Positions 25,699-39,379 of a stretch of 64,000 nucleotides of DNA are shown here, one piece after another. The stretch comes from Adineta vaga (Eukaryota; Animalia; Rotifera). Position 1 is the first letter of the stretch. Each line of letters starts with the position of its first letter. The translations under genes were made by a program, and so were the position numbers. The DNA is taken from NCBI GenBank assembly GCA_021613535.1, contig CP075494.1:3472001-3536000 (forward strand), written 5' to 3'. The notes below the pieces were generated by a model. The model worked only from the letters and a program-made list of their open reading frames with translations. It was not told the DNA's origin and searched no databases.

Positions 25699-26671
25699 CT
25701 GAATATTTATAAAGAACTTTCAAATCATATCTTATTTGCTTTTTTTAACCTGTTGCCGAGAATATCTATGTATGATAGGTTTAATAACGACTAAAAATTA
25801 TCTTTTAATTAAATTTAATCATTGTGAGGGAATCTTTATAAGATCTAGACGATGTCGATGTAGGCAATGTATCTATACAATATCTTAGATATTAATATTT
25901 AAACTTAGCATAGACTTTGCTACTATTGAATATGATTATTGCATGATGTATATCTGATTTCTCGTCCTGTTTTCAATATGTATTTGTGGCAGTTGGTTAG
26001 AGAATTTAGTTGAGATTGGAATATAGAAAAACAGAAAGATACTATTTAAATCTATATTTTTATTTGTCGTGAGAAAAAATAGTAAAATTAATTATTGTAT
26101 TTGCACGAAAACAATTATGATTTACTTAATGAAGTTGTGAATCGTTAAATAATTATTTTATAAAGAGGATGTTGATTTTTGTATAAGTAGACAGAGAATG
26201 ATTTTTTTTAAAACTAGATAGATTTTTCGTATGCGGGACATAGAAGCTTCTTTCGTTCTGTATTTCGAGAATAATTTAGTGAAGTTTGAAAACATTACGA
26301 GCAGAAAGTAGATAGAAATGGTGACATAAATTAAACAGAAAGAGAGCAATTGAGTTTGAGGAATATCGCTCTTTAGTATCCCTTGAAATCAAAATAAATT
26401 TGGAATATTTTAGACGAAATGATATCCAGCAGTTTCTGAAAAGGCAGGGAATACCATTCGTTAATGAAGTAAATATTTCTACAAAATGTGATAAGTTAAA
26501 CATGAGACAACGAATGAAATAGCTTAATCGAAAAGAGCTATCATAGGAATATTGCTGATTCATCGTTTTGAAGGAACGAACATCCACTAATAGAATATAG
26601 AGTAGAGAAATGACTGTTTCATGTAGGTTCCGTTGAAAAATCCATTTATAATATTCAGATACATTTATTGC

Positions 26672-27161
26672 GCTGCTTTCTAATTGCGGTTACTTTTTTT
26701 AATTAGTTAATTAAAATTGACTGTATTTCGGAACAGGGTAGATACATGAAAAAATTCTTCTAATTGAAAAATGACCACAATTTAACAACCCGCTGCACTG
26801 GGTGGGTATGGGTGAAGAAGATACATCCACAACCACACTCATCCTCGCATACCGTATTCGAGTAAAGCTGGAGTACCGTCTAGTTTCTATAATCATACCT
26901 TTCTGATTTTCACTTTTTTCTGTTGTTCTCTCGATGACGTCACAATTATACGTATTTCTTTCCTTTTCTCTCGTATGACATTATTAGAAATTTCCATGTG
27001 TTGTTCAACTGATTTCTACTTGTGGTTGGGATGTTTCCGATCATCTTATTTTTCTCTGTATTTTTCAATTAGGACAACTTTTTCATTTTTTTTACTCTGT
27101 TTCAGAATGCAGTCACTTTTAATTAACTAATTAAAAAAAGTAACCGCAATTAGGAATTAGC
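26672..27161. mobile_element. Non-autonomous TIR element (Mutator-like MITE)
   Basis: TIRs of about 100 bp (26672-26771 and 27060-27161; core ctaattgcggttacttttttttaattagttaattaaaa). The direct repeat catttatt lies at 26662-26669 and 27162-27169. Confidence 0.85.
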
Positions 27162-27550
27162 CATTTATTAGTGAAGTAATCTATTTTATTTTCCTATCTC
27201 TGTCTATTTTAATTTTTCATTTCTCTCTTTTTTGTCTCTATTTTTTCCGCGCATTCCAATTCCAACTGAATTCTCATGTCAACTGTACCATATATGTATA
27301 TTTAATGTTTATACTCATTTAGTAGATTTCTTCGCGAGAAAAATAACACTATCAGTTAGTTCTCATATGTCAATGACACAACGAATCCAAACATTGTTTA
27401 TCTATTTGATTGAAGTTTTCATCGATGAAACCAAAGCATGATTGAATTTCATATTTATTTTTCATTCATTTCATTCTCTCTCACTCACTCTCATACCTTC
27501 GTTCTTATTTTATATACTTGCAAGAGAAAATACATATTCAAACTAGTGTC

Positions 27551-28296
27551 ATGCAATACCATCAAACAGATGATAATCTAGATATGACGGATAGTATCGA
27601 TATTCCTGCTGTTCAACCATTGATACTACCTGATCATTATTCTCAAATCAAACAAATTCGACAATTCCTTCTGATCCTAATTTGTACTTGTCTGGTAAAC
27701 AATGTGTATAGTTTTCATACAAGGAATCTATCCTAAGTGTTTTTTCTTTGCTAATACTCAATAGGGATTTGCTGTGGTCTATTTAATAATGTCCATCATT
27801 GGCTGGGCTGTTTCGGATGGTCTCTATCGGAGGAGCGAGCGTTTTCAGGTTGTAGAAGCGAGTATTTCAATCTTATTTTATGGTTTTGGACTTTTTGTTA
27901 CACTAAGAAGTCATCAAAAGGGTTTAAGAGTGGTATGATTCTTCGATCGTATTTTACGAGCAAAACTAGTTGTTGTTTCATATTTCTTAATGTTTAGTTT
28001 GGATGGTTGGGTATTATTTTAAGTATTATTTCAGTCATTGTACTTATCGTGTTTCATTTGATTCGTGCCAAATTATTCTTTAAACTTCGTGACAATATAG
28101 TTTGGTTGGTATTTACATATATAACTTTCATAATAAATATTTGGTTTCATCTATTTGCCATAACAGTAAGTTGCATTACTCGTTCAATTAGTGTGTTTGA
28201 CTTCATTTTTTTTTCTAGGTGATTATCATCAAATTTTCATTTCAGCTGGCGCGACTCATGGGTACCAGTGGACAATTCAATACTAGACAAGTCTAG
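27551..28296 (+). CDS. Four-TM membrane protein, paralog 1 (4 exons)
   Basis: Exons of about 27551-27694, 27765-27932, 27998-28165 and 28219-28296 join in phase 0 without stops. The structure is conserved in two paralogs. Confidence 0.85.
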
Positions 28297-28410
28297 TTTT
28301 TCTAATTTAATTTTCAGTCGTACTTTTTTTGCTGTTTTAAATACAGTTAATTCAATAAACGTGATTAAACTATTATAATTTTCAAGAACGTTTGTGTGTG
28401 TGTGCTGAAG

Positions 28411-28459
28411 TTGAGGGTGTGGGTGTGGGTGAAGAAGATATACCCACACCCACCTTCAA
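28411..28459. repeat. Best copy of a dispersed telomere-like hairpin family
   Basis: ttgagggtgtgggtgtgggt-gaagaagatat-acccacacccaccttcaa. Related copies lie at about 3162, 4951, 20372, 24573, 24996, 26799, 34900, 38785, 39859, 45849, 47024, 48481, 51238 and 53854. Confidence 0.8.
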
Positions 28460-28495
28460 GATGCTATTATTCTATTCGGCGTCGAATCAAGAACT

Positions 28496-29114
28496 GTGCG
28501 TGACAGTGAGAAAATACAACAAGAGAAATCAACATATATTCTTGCAGTAGCTACAAATCCAGGAAATATGAATGGAAAGCTCGAATTTGATCAAAGTCAA
28601 ATTAAACATCAACATCTACTTAATGAATTCGTTGTTCTGATGGATTGTATCGAGCAACTCTCAATCTTAGTTAATTGAAATATCAATTATGAAATTTTAC
28701 TACGAGATGCAAGTGATTGGTTCGGAAAGTATGACGTTTGAACAAGATGCTATTGAAATTATCTATCTTTCGACTAAAGAAGATATTCGGATATTAAATT
28801 TCACTGAAGAAAAATTGTTATCAGAAAACTTTCATCCATATTTGACAGTTTCATCAACTTTACTGTGTCATGCTGTTGAAATTATGCAACATATTCGACT
28901 ATTTTGTCCAAAACTATCCGGACAACTCGATACATTAAGAGTATCGATTGAATTTCATGATTTTGATTCATTTTCAACCTGCACACGTACTGATATCGAA
29001 TATACTTTAAACATGAAATATCAACAGTCTTTCAAAGTTACAAAAACGTTACGCAAAATCTACATTATTAGGGAAACACCAATACAACGAAACACGCAAC
29101 AAATTGTCTATTAA
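28496..29114 (+). CDS. Hypothetical or fragmentary coding region
   Basis: Two adjacent ORFs (60 and 141 aa) with globular composition. No family recognised. Confidence 0.3.
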
Positions 29115-29175
29115 AATTCAGTCATCGTATGAACAGTATAACCGACGGAAGTGTAAATGTTTCCTATAAAAACTA

Positions 29176-31055
29176 TTACCACCAGATATAGAATGTACCA
29201 TTAATGTTTGTCATAGAACAGTTATGAAGATGTTTTTTTGACTTAATTAGAATTTTCACTTTATCAATGAGTTCTGTAGGAACATTAACAATGGATAATG
29301 ACGATAAATGACAAATCGTTTTCCTTCTTTTCGATAATAAATAACCAATAATTGTTTTGAAAGCTGGTGAATATAAATTAATAGTAATATGTTGTAGTTG
29401 ACGACAAAGATTCATAAATAATTGAATTACTTTTATTGAATAATTCGTTTTAAAAATGATGTTTTTGATTTTATTTTTACTTGATACCAATTGAAAATTG
29501 CGTCCTTTCGGTAATAATGAATATATATCATTTTGATTGGATGTTATTGAATTTAATATTAACGTATGAACATTGGGAGTCAATTCTAATATTAATAATT
29601 GAATCAATCGATGAAAACGACGATAAGACAGATCAATAGTTATTTTAGTCAATTGTATTAATGGAATAAGAGAACTGAGATCATCAAGGCGAGGCCATTT
29701 AAAAAAAGTTAAACAATTGTTACAGAGACTGAGTTCAGTAGCGTTTGGAAAGTATTTTAAACAATCATTTATTACTTCTCCATCATCGACTATAACATGA
29801 CGAACGGAATGATAAATAGTTTCAATCTCGTTCGAATCCGATTCACTCGCTAATGTAAAATATTCTCTTCTTAAAATATCGAGAAAAACAAGATTAAAAT
29901 AGTAAATAATGTACAATTGTTTTTACCTATATGGTTGAATTGAATAGAAAATTCCATGTAAATGTTCTTTCGAATAAGGTTCATGTGTAAAAAACCATTT
30001 TCTCTCATACCAAAATGACGATGAAAATTTTTTTAATAAAGGTTTATATACAGATACATGCTATCACCATAGAGTATTTTATTTGTATGTTGAAAATCAA
30101 AGATTTGTAAATGTTGCATATAGAACACAATCAAATGTTGCCATCGATCAGCATCTAAATATGTTTCACTTCCATTTGATGATATGTACAATACTTTAAC
30201 ATGACTAAAATACATTTTTATATATTGTTCAATATGATCAAAAGAAACATGATGTAACGTGATAGAAATATGGGTTAAATTGTATGAAACAGGTGTAATT
30301 AATTGTTGTACTTGATCATAAAGTCTGGATAAATATTGAATTGATAAACGACGAAGATGAGGAATATGTGATAGAATTGTATCGAGGATTGTATAATTAC
30401 ATATACCATGGATAATAAGATGTTCAAGAGAATTTGAGGTAATAGTGGATGATGCCATTGATTCAAGATTAACATTTCTAGGAAAGGACATTTGACAAGA
30501 TTTTAATACTGGTAATTGAAATATCAAATCAAAGATGTTGTTTTTATATAATTCATCAGCAATAGAAATGCCTAAAGAAGACAGTTTCGGTAAAGTAACT
30601 AAACGTTCTAAAAGATTTGCCAGATTCTCTGATTCCATAGAATAAAGCATAAGTGTTTGAAGTTTCCAATAAATTGATATATCATCATTTAGAGAGAAAA
30701 AGTATTGTACTGTAAATGGATCTGATAAATGAAGTGATTTAATATGATGTTTATTAGCTGTTATAACTTGAGTATAATAATGTTCAAATGTTGATTTCGA
30801 TAAAGATGGAATATCGATCTCAAATAGAAAGTTGGAATATAAAAGCAAATTTTGAAATCGTTGATTAAGTTTAAAAAAACTTTCATAAATAAAATAAGCA
30901 TCTAGATATTCAAAAATTTCATAGAGAAGTTCATTTGAAAGATCTTCAATAGAAGTTTTCGATTTGTTTTTATTAGTACATTGTAGTTTTATCTTCGTAT
31001 CATCGTCGGAATCATCCAAAATAGTATATCGTCGTCGTCGTTTGGTTTGAATCAT
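29176..31055 (-). CDS. F-box/LRR-like protein with a +2 frameshift at about 30047
   Basis: IEDLSNELLYEIFEYL F-box motif followed by LRR-like repeats. Removing one TA restores LYKPLLKKFSSSFWYERKWFF..YSIQPYR. Intron 29870-29926. Confidence 0.85.
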
Positions 31056-32086
31056 AGTGAAATAAATGTAACAAAATAGATAAACAGCATTTGTTACGAA
31101 AATTTATATATATAAATATTGCACAACACTTGTGAAACTATATGTGTCTCGGTAAGAACAGAACAGAAAGGAAAATTCTTTATTTAGATAAAAAGATATA
31201 CGTTTGGGATTTATACAAGATATAATAATTTGTTTTATTAGAAATCATCTTGAGGATGATAGAGAAAGAAACAGGACATTTTTAATTTTTAAACTTATCT
31301 GATTAAATCATTGCATACACTGATCTTTCTGTATGGTTGGATGAAACAAATGGCATAGATCTATATTTGTTTTGCTTTCGATAGTTATCATCAGTAGAAT
31401 CAGAAGATCATTCTTGATTGAAACTCATACAATATTGGCAATTGTATGATAAACATAATCGTTGAATAAGAATATTCATAAATAAATCTGAAATAAACGA
31501 CAAATCTTTCGTCAAAACTTTAACGTTGACACAACTAAGTCAATAACAAAATAGAAATAATAGCGATCATAATTCCTCTATATATCTTCAGTTATAATTA
31601 AAGAAAGTTTTCTGAAATTTCATACTGACTGATTTGTATATGTCGACATTGCAGCAAAAAATAGAACAGAATATCATATTTAAAAACATGATATTAGAAT
31701 GTATTACACGTACCACCAAAATTTTCAATGTTAATATGACGTATTTCGCATCATCCGCGCTAGAGCGTGAATTTTGACATAGATTTCTTACAATGACTTA
31801 AAAGACTTCTATACACTTCAATTACCACACACACCTATCTTCACAAAGCAATCGATACGAATTATTATTTTTCCGCTTTGTTTATCTTTTATATAACATC
31901 ATCTCTACATACTCGAGATATCTTCGTTGATTTTTAAATTCGAAAGAAAAATTTACGAAAAGCAATCAGAAGAAATCAATCGGAACTTAAAGTTTAAAAT
32001 TTTATTTTCTGAAGATGAAAGAAAAAGAAAAGTGTGTATAAATAATCTATCATAATAAGTGAAAAAAAACTAAGTTTGTTGAGTTA

Positions 32087-33980
32087 TTAAAGATTGTATG
32101 GTTCATAAGCGTTTGCTCGATCAACTGTATGTCGATTTTGAAGTTTCTTTGCTGCTTGTTCAACTTGATCGAATGTAATTTCATCATATAATTGTAAAAT
32201 ACCACGAGCATAATCTGGATGAACTTTATAACATAAAACCAAGAAACAGCTCGCAATGATTTAGCAATATTATAATGGAGATGAGCACGTTCATCATTAT
32301 CTAAACCATGTAAATAGAATTGACGTGTTTGTTCATATTCAGCATCAGATGGAAGTTCATTTTCATGTCATGAATGAAATTTTCGTGCTAAATATCCTTG
32401 AACTGGTTGAGGTGTTTCATTACAAGTTAAATCAGGACGACCATGTGGTGGTTGAGTATATGAATTGGGATAAATATTTGATTCTACACCACCATTCGCA
32501 TCACATCGTAATCGTCCATCGTGAGCAAGTGGATGATGTTGACGAGTCATAAATGGACAATTGACTGGAATTTGATGAAAATTAACACCTAATCGATATA
32601 ATTGAGCATCTCGATAGAGAAAACAACGGAACTGTAAAAGTGCATCGGGCGATGGTTCAATACCAGGTACTAAACTACCTATTAAAAAAAAAGAAAACAA
32701 TAAGAATAATTTTCATTGAAATGTTTTTCTTTTATTAAATAACGATGAAGATCATTTTCTCCTTAAAATCACTTACCAGGTGAAAATGCTACTTGTTCAA
32801 CATCAAGATGATAACTCTCTGGATTTCTATCTAACACTATTCGTCCAAATTCCATTAATGGATATCGATCTTCTGACCACATTTTTGTTGTATCAAATGG
32901 ATCAAAATCTGGTGCATTTTCTGCTTCATTTTCATTCATCACTTGTATATGACATCGAAATTCACATGTACCACCATTATCCAAATGTTGCCAAAGATCA
33001 CGTTTAGCATAATCAGGATCTTCACGACACATACGTATAGCATCAGCATCAGGAAAATTGTTAATACCAGATACAGTACTAAATTTGTAACGTGTATATA
33101 AACATATTGATTTTGAGAATTCACCCATTTAAATGTATGACATGGATATAAGCATCCATATGGCGCCAACCTAACATAGAAAAAAGAAAAATAATTGTTA
33201 TTTCGAAGATTAGAAAATTAATCTTACGAACAGGTTGTTATGATCTGACCAAAACCATGTATTAGCTAACATACTTTCTGGTACAAGTGACATGAAATCA
33301 AATGTTGCATCCAAATTGACCCGAAAATTATTTGGATTACGTTGTTGCGATCGAATCAAATCAGGTCCTTGTGTGGGATCACGAACGAAAATAATACTGG
33401 AAAATTAATGGATAAAATATCATAATTTCCTTCGTCGGTATAAAAACGCATGGCAATACCACGTGGATTACGAGCAGAATCTGGATATTCTCGTCCGTAA
33501 GTTGTCGTCGAAAATCGAATGAAAACTGGAGCTATTTTACCAACTTTCGATAAGAAATCTGCTTTACATAACGATGAAACATCTCGAGTAACTTCAAAAT
33601 AACCAAATGCACCACTACCACAGACATGAACAGCTCGTTCAACAATTTTTGATCGATTAAATGTTTGTTGTTTTTCAAATAGAATACCATCAGATACAAC
33701 CGAATAACCATTAATATTAAAACACTGTGTTACATCGCCAAGACGATATCCATTCACGGATGTTATTGTTGGTGGAACATCAGAAACAGATGACGAAGGA
33801 TCTAAAATAGCTGTAACTTTTATCTATTAAACTGCTGTCTTTATTTGTTTGTTTGTCATCACCTGATATTAAAGTAGATCTACTTTTAACTGGATGATCC
33901 AACTGACCAGATTGAGCATCGATAATTGTCGTTAACGAACGTTTATCAAGATTAACTGGAATACTTTGAGTGTCGACCAT
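32087..33980 (-). pseudogene. cat: Monofunctional heme catalase pseudogene
   Basis: ERAVHVCGSGAFG (distal His), RFST, RNPRG, VEQVAFSPG and RCFLYRDAQLYRLG (proximal Tyr). It has at least 5 small frameshifts, a TGA at 32368 and an internal deletion at about 32245. Two introns. Start uncertain. Confidence 0.92.
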
Positions 33981-35063
33981 CAATACGGTTTCATAATTGA
34001 CGCACCGCCTTCCATTTGTATTGTCGAAATTAGTAATACGAAGAATGTATACCAATACTTGTCGTAACGATTCTAAACTGAAATAATGTTCTTTTCTCTT
34101 GGTTTATATATAATCAATTCGATGATGATAGACAGCAGACGATTGACAAAGAAAAAAAATACTTCGTTTCCTTTCTTTTTCTAATATAAGAGTGATAGAT
34201 GAGGTCAAAGGTAACTGCGTACGAAATTGGAAAGATGAGGGTATTCCGTTCAAAAACAGTTCAATTTCATCTGAACATTCTTATCAATATTAAAATCAAA
34301 TTATATATTCAACTAAACTATTCTCTTATTTGGACAAAAGGTCACAGAGGATAAAATACATTGATGATACTAATGTGTATTTATTTACACGTGTATGAAC
34401 ACGTGCTTGAATAGAGAACAGAAGTTACATAATGGATTATTACATTTTGTACTGCATCTTCATCTCAAGTATTAGTTCGTTAAATTGTGTTCGATCAAAA
34501 TAAACTAAAATTTTAATGAAAGACAAAGTTTTGATGAGACATCGTTATAATATTGAAGGAGTGATCATATGTATTTTATCAATTGAGATATTCATTTAAA
34601 AGAGAGAATCAAATTTTATCCAAATATTCACTCTATTGGTTTTATTTTATAAAGCAATTAACTCGTACTTTTATTGTGATAAGAATTTTTGATCTAGTCA
34701 GACTGGACGTAAATATAGATTCATGCTTTTACTTCTTCTCCACAATAAAACTATCATAATATGTCAATAATACAAGCCTTCTTTTATCAAAAAGATTGAA
34801 AGATAGAAGTACTGTATATTTGGTGGATTATGTTATAATATTAATTAGCTATTGACAACAAAGTTTGCTTCAATGTTTTTCTAGATCAATTTCAAAATTT
34901 GAGGGTGTGAGTGTAGATACAGTAAAAACCAACCTCACCCTCATCCTCAGTACAGTGAAATGCATGTTACCCCATTTATTTCATTAATTGTGTTTTAACA
35001 CATTAAAAATTACGATTCAAGATTATATGGGACACATTCAACAATTCAGTGAATAAAAAAAAC

Positions 35064-35805
35064 CTAGACTTTTCTAGGAATAAACTGGCCATTGGTATCC
35101 ATGAGTCGTGCCAGTTGAAATGAAAATTTGATCATAACAATCTGAAAAAAATGAAGTAAAAAGCACAAATCGAACTGGGAAAGCAACTCACAGTTATGGC
35201 AAATAGATGAAACCAAATAGTTATTAGGCGAGTCACATATGTAAATATCCACCAAACTACATTTTCATAGTAATGAAAGTACAATCTGGCACGAATCAAA
35301 TGATACGCGATAAGTACAATGACTGAAATAATACTTAAAATAATACCCAACCATCCAAACTAAACATTAAGAAATATGAAATAACAACTAGTTTTGTTCG
35401 TCGAATACGATCGAAGAATCATACCACTCGTAAACCCTTTTGATGACTTCTCAGCGTAACAAAAAGTCCAAAACCATAAAATAAGATTGAAATACTCGCT
35501 TCTACAACTTGAAAACGCTCGTCCTTATGAAAGATACCATCTGTTAATGCCCAACCGATGATGGACATTATTAAATAGACCACAGCATATCCCTATTGAA
35601 TATAGCAAAGAAAATACACTTAGAATAGATTCCTTGTATGAAAACTATACACATAGTTTACCAGACAAATACAAATTAGGATCAGAAGGAATTGTCGAAT
35701 TAGTTTGATATGAAAATAATGATTAGATAGTAATAATGGTTTAACACCGGGAATATTGACACGATCCGTCATATCTGGATCTTCACTTGTTTGATGGTAT
35801 TGCAT
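35064..35805 (-). CDS. Four-TM membrane protein, paralog 2
   Basis: Same four-exon structure as 27551-28296, in inverted orientation. Confidence 0.85.
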
Positions 35806-36059
35806 GACACTAGTTTGAATATGTATTTTCACTTGCAAGTATATAAAATAAGAACGAAGGTGTGAGTGAGTGAGAATGAAATGAAAGAAAAATAAATATG
35901 AAATTCAATCATGCTTTGGTTTTATCAATGAAAACTTCAATCAAATAGATAAACAATGTTTGGATTAATTGTGTCATTGACATATGAGAACTAACTGATA
36001 GTGTTGGTTTTTTTCGCAAAAATATAAAATATACTAAACATGGTTAATTTTTCATGTAT

Positions 36060-36577
36060 GGAGAATTTGAAAGTTCTGTTCACTTGAAAATTCAATTCAA
36101 GTTTCAAGTTTAACACTACCCAACAGATGATTCTCAAAGAAAATCAAACTGCTTCTAATTGTCTTCAACTAGCAGTTGACATTTTATTTGTACGAAAATC
36201 CTAATAAGATATATAGTTGTTTACCAAAGCTGGATTTGATGTTCCAACAACATTCAATTGCTGAATATTTGCTAAATAAATCAAAATATGTGCATACACC
36301 TTTTTCATATAATCTATCAATGATCCTTTTCTGTATCGTCACAATCTCCATTGAGAAGATCAAGTTTTCTAATCGGTTGTTTCAAGAGATGTCGAAAAGG
36401 TGAATCATCTATAAAATAAAGTACAATAATGAAACAGTGCATAATCCGCGGTATTTAATTACTTGTAAAATAAAGTAATGAACTGTCGCATTGAAAATTA
36501 GAAATTTTTAGTTGTGTGAAAATATAAAATAACATCTCATTTGGTAGATCAAACAGTTGAACATTTGATCGATTCAT
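36060..36577 (-). pseudogene. F-box gene remnant with internal deletions
   Basis: MNRSNVQLFDLPNEMLFYIFTQL, an intron, then DSPFRHLLKQPIRKLDL followed by stops. Confidence 0.7.
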
Positions 36578-36705
36578 GTTCAATATGATTTCATACACGC
36601 ATATGCATCGTACAGTGGAAATCACGGATGAATATTATTTCGTTTTCACAAATTCTGTTAAATGGATTCAATCACATTGAAACATAGCGAAGTTTAATCA
36701 AAACT

Positions 36706-36960
36706 TAGAGTAACTGTGACAATCTCTCTGACACGCGCTGTACGCGTGATACGGTTTTTCTCATCTAATGGATTATCCTTATCTCTGTACATTCTGATGT
36801 ACTTTGATAGAATATTTTCTTGCGTTTTCTTCTGTAGGAACGAGTATATAAACGCGTGTTTTGTATCAGAACTATGCGATTTACGAGGAAGAAATAAATA
36901 AAGGCGTAGTTCCATCAGCGCATACATCTCTTCCATCAAAAATCGTCACAGTAACCTCTA
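36706..36960. mobile_element. Candidate small TIR element (TAGAG...CTCTA)
   Basis: tagagtaactgtgacaat versus the reverse complement of the right end, tagaggttactgtgacgat. The interior is GC-richer. No clear TSD. Confidence 0.45.
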
Positions 36961-37478
36961 TAATGTCATGAAAAATAATGAATGAGCTGTAAATTCAAGT
37001 GCTAAAAATACCTATTTTCATTTATGAGATAGATAAATCTTTGAAAAGTCATGATTTGTAGGATATTCGACAAAACTAGAGTAGTATTATTGGATAAAAA
37101 TTAAACTTTTAAGCAACGTCATGTCTGTTTATCGATCTATTGACGTATCCGTTTAATTGTTCATTGAGGTCATTGGTCTGACTTATGACGCATTAAGAAT
37201 TAAATTGAGATCAGGCCGAAAAACATAAAACTGAATTAATCAACCAGATGAAATATAATTTCATCAGTGAACGCAAACATCTGGTACTACGGATATTTAT
37301 ACGTTTCATCATTATTTTATTACCATCTTCATTCTACAAATATATTTGAACGTATATATGCGTTCTGGAGAGCTATACAGGGTTAGTTATACGTTTATTT
37401 AATTAAATGTGTCAAAAACACAAAATATTAGGATACAAGATTACATGAGAGAAATAAAATAGTTCACTGGATAAAAAA

Positions 37479-38225
37479 CTAGAATTTTCTGGGAATAAAT
37501 TGTTTATCGTTATCCATGAGTCGTGCCAGTTGAAATGAAAATTTGATCATGACAACCTGAAAAAAATGAAGTAAAAAGCACAAATCGAACTGGGACAGCA
37601 ACTCACAGTTATGGCAAATAGATGAAACCAAACATTTATTATGTAAGTTATATATGTAAATATTAGCCATGCTAGCTTCTCATAGGGGTGATAATACATT
37701 TTGGCACGAATCAAATGAAACACGATAAGTACAATGGTAGAAATAATACTTAAAATAATACCTAACCATCCAAACTAAACATTAAGAAATATGAAATAAA
37801 AACTAGTTAGTTTTGCTCGTCGAATACAATCGAAGAATCATACCACACGTAAACCTTTTTGATGACCTCTTATTGTAACAAGAAGACCAAAACCATAAAA
37901 CAAGATTGAAATAATCGCTTCTATAATTTGAAAACGCTCGTCCTTATGAAAGATACCATCTGTTAATGCCCAGCCGATGATGGACATTATTAAATAGACC
38001 ACAGCAAATCCCTATTGAATATTAGCAAAGAAAAAACACTTAGAATAGATTCCTTGTGTGAAAACGATACACGTAGTTTACCAGACAAATACAAATTAGA
38101 ATCAGAAGAAATTGTCGAATTAGTTTGATATGAAAATAATGATCAGATAGTAATAATGGTTTAACACCGGGAATATCGACACGATTCGTCATATCTGGAT
38201 CTTCACTTGTTTGATGGTATTGCAT
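37479..38225 (-). CDS. Four-TM membrane protein, paralog 3
   Basis: Same four-exon structure, in tandem with paralog 2. Confidence 0.85.
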
Positions 38226-39379
38226 GACACTAGTTTGAATAATTATCTTCACTTTCAACTAAACAAAATAACAATGATAGTGTGTGAGTGAGAATCGAAT
38301 AAATAAATAAAGAGTAAGTTTGAAATTCAATCATGGTTTACTTTCATCGATGAAAACTTCTATTAAGTAGATAAACAATGATTGAATAAAATGTGTCATT
38401 GATATATGAGAACTAATTGATAGTGTTTCTTTTGCGATGGATAGTATAGCTCTGATGAAAATGAAGAGAAACAAATTGAAAATATATCAGTGAAGATAAG
38501 ACGTTCGTTCAACTACAAGCATATATATATATACGTCACTTAAAAGAAAGACTAGGGAATGGGTGTATTTCCCTCTTAAATCACATACTTACCATCATTC
38601 GTAACTAAAAATGAAATCCAGTGACAGACTAATAAAGCCGTTCGGGAAACGATATTTGCCACCACATATGACTATATAAACAAAGAAAATGGTAATATCA
38701 TACTGTTTTTTTCATGCATTTTGTTCAGTCATTTCTGCGAGAAAGAAGAACAAATTTTACGATGTAATTATTCTTGCTTCGTTACGATGCGAGTGTGGAT
38801 TTCGGTACATCTTCTTCACTCACATCTACACCCACACCCACCCATCGATAATATTTGTATTTTAAATGAAAAATCCCTTTGTTGACTGTAATTTCTTCTT
38901 ATTCAGTATATACTTAGTATAGAAATATAATTGCTTAACTTGTTGTTGACGAAATGATCATTTTAGTTGCTTTTATATCGATTGATTGATAAATGATATT
39001 ATTCAATAAATAGTTTTTTGTTTCTCATACTGTCTGAAGATAATTGAGCTCTGCATTGACCTTCGTCCAAATTTTGCAATCGCCGCTGAAAAGCATCTGG
39101 TCTTATATCTCTACATATGATTTCTTAGATAAAATTTCCTACATCATCAGATTCGTCTGTAAAATACATTTTATATTACAAATACTGGTTTCTTTTGCGT
39201 CTCAAATATTTGGCTCGTTGATTTAATCAAAATAAGAGCGAAAATACACGTAATTACCCATGGTTGCGAAAGAAAAGACGAGAAAAAGAGAAAAATAATC
39301 TCGTATAAACGAAATTCGATCTGAGAGGTATTATATAGACACACAAAAAACGATTTCAATACACATTTTGTTACTAAAC

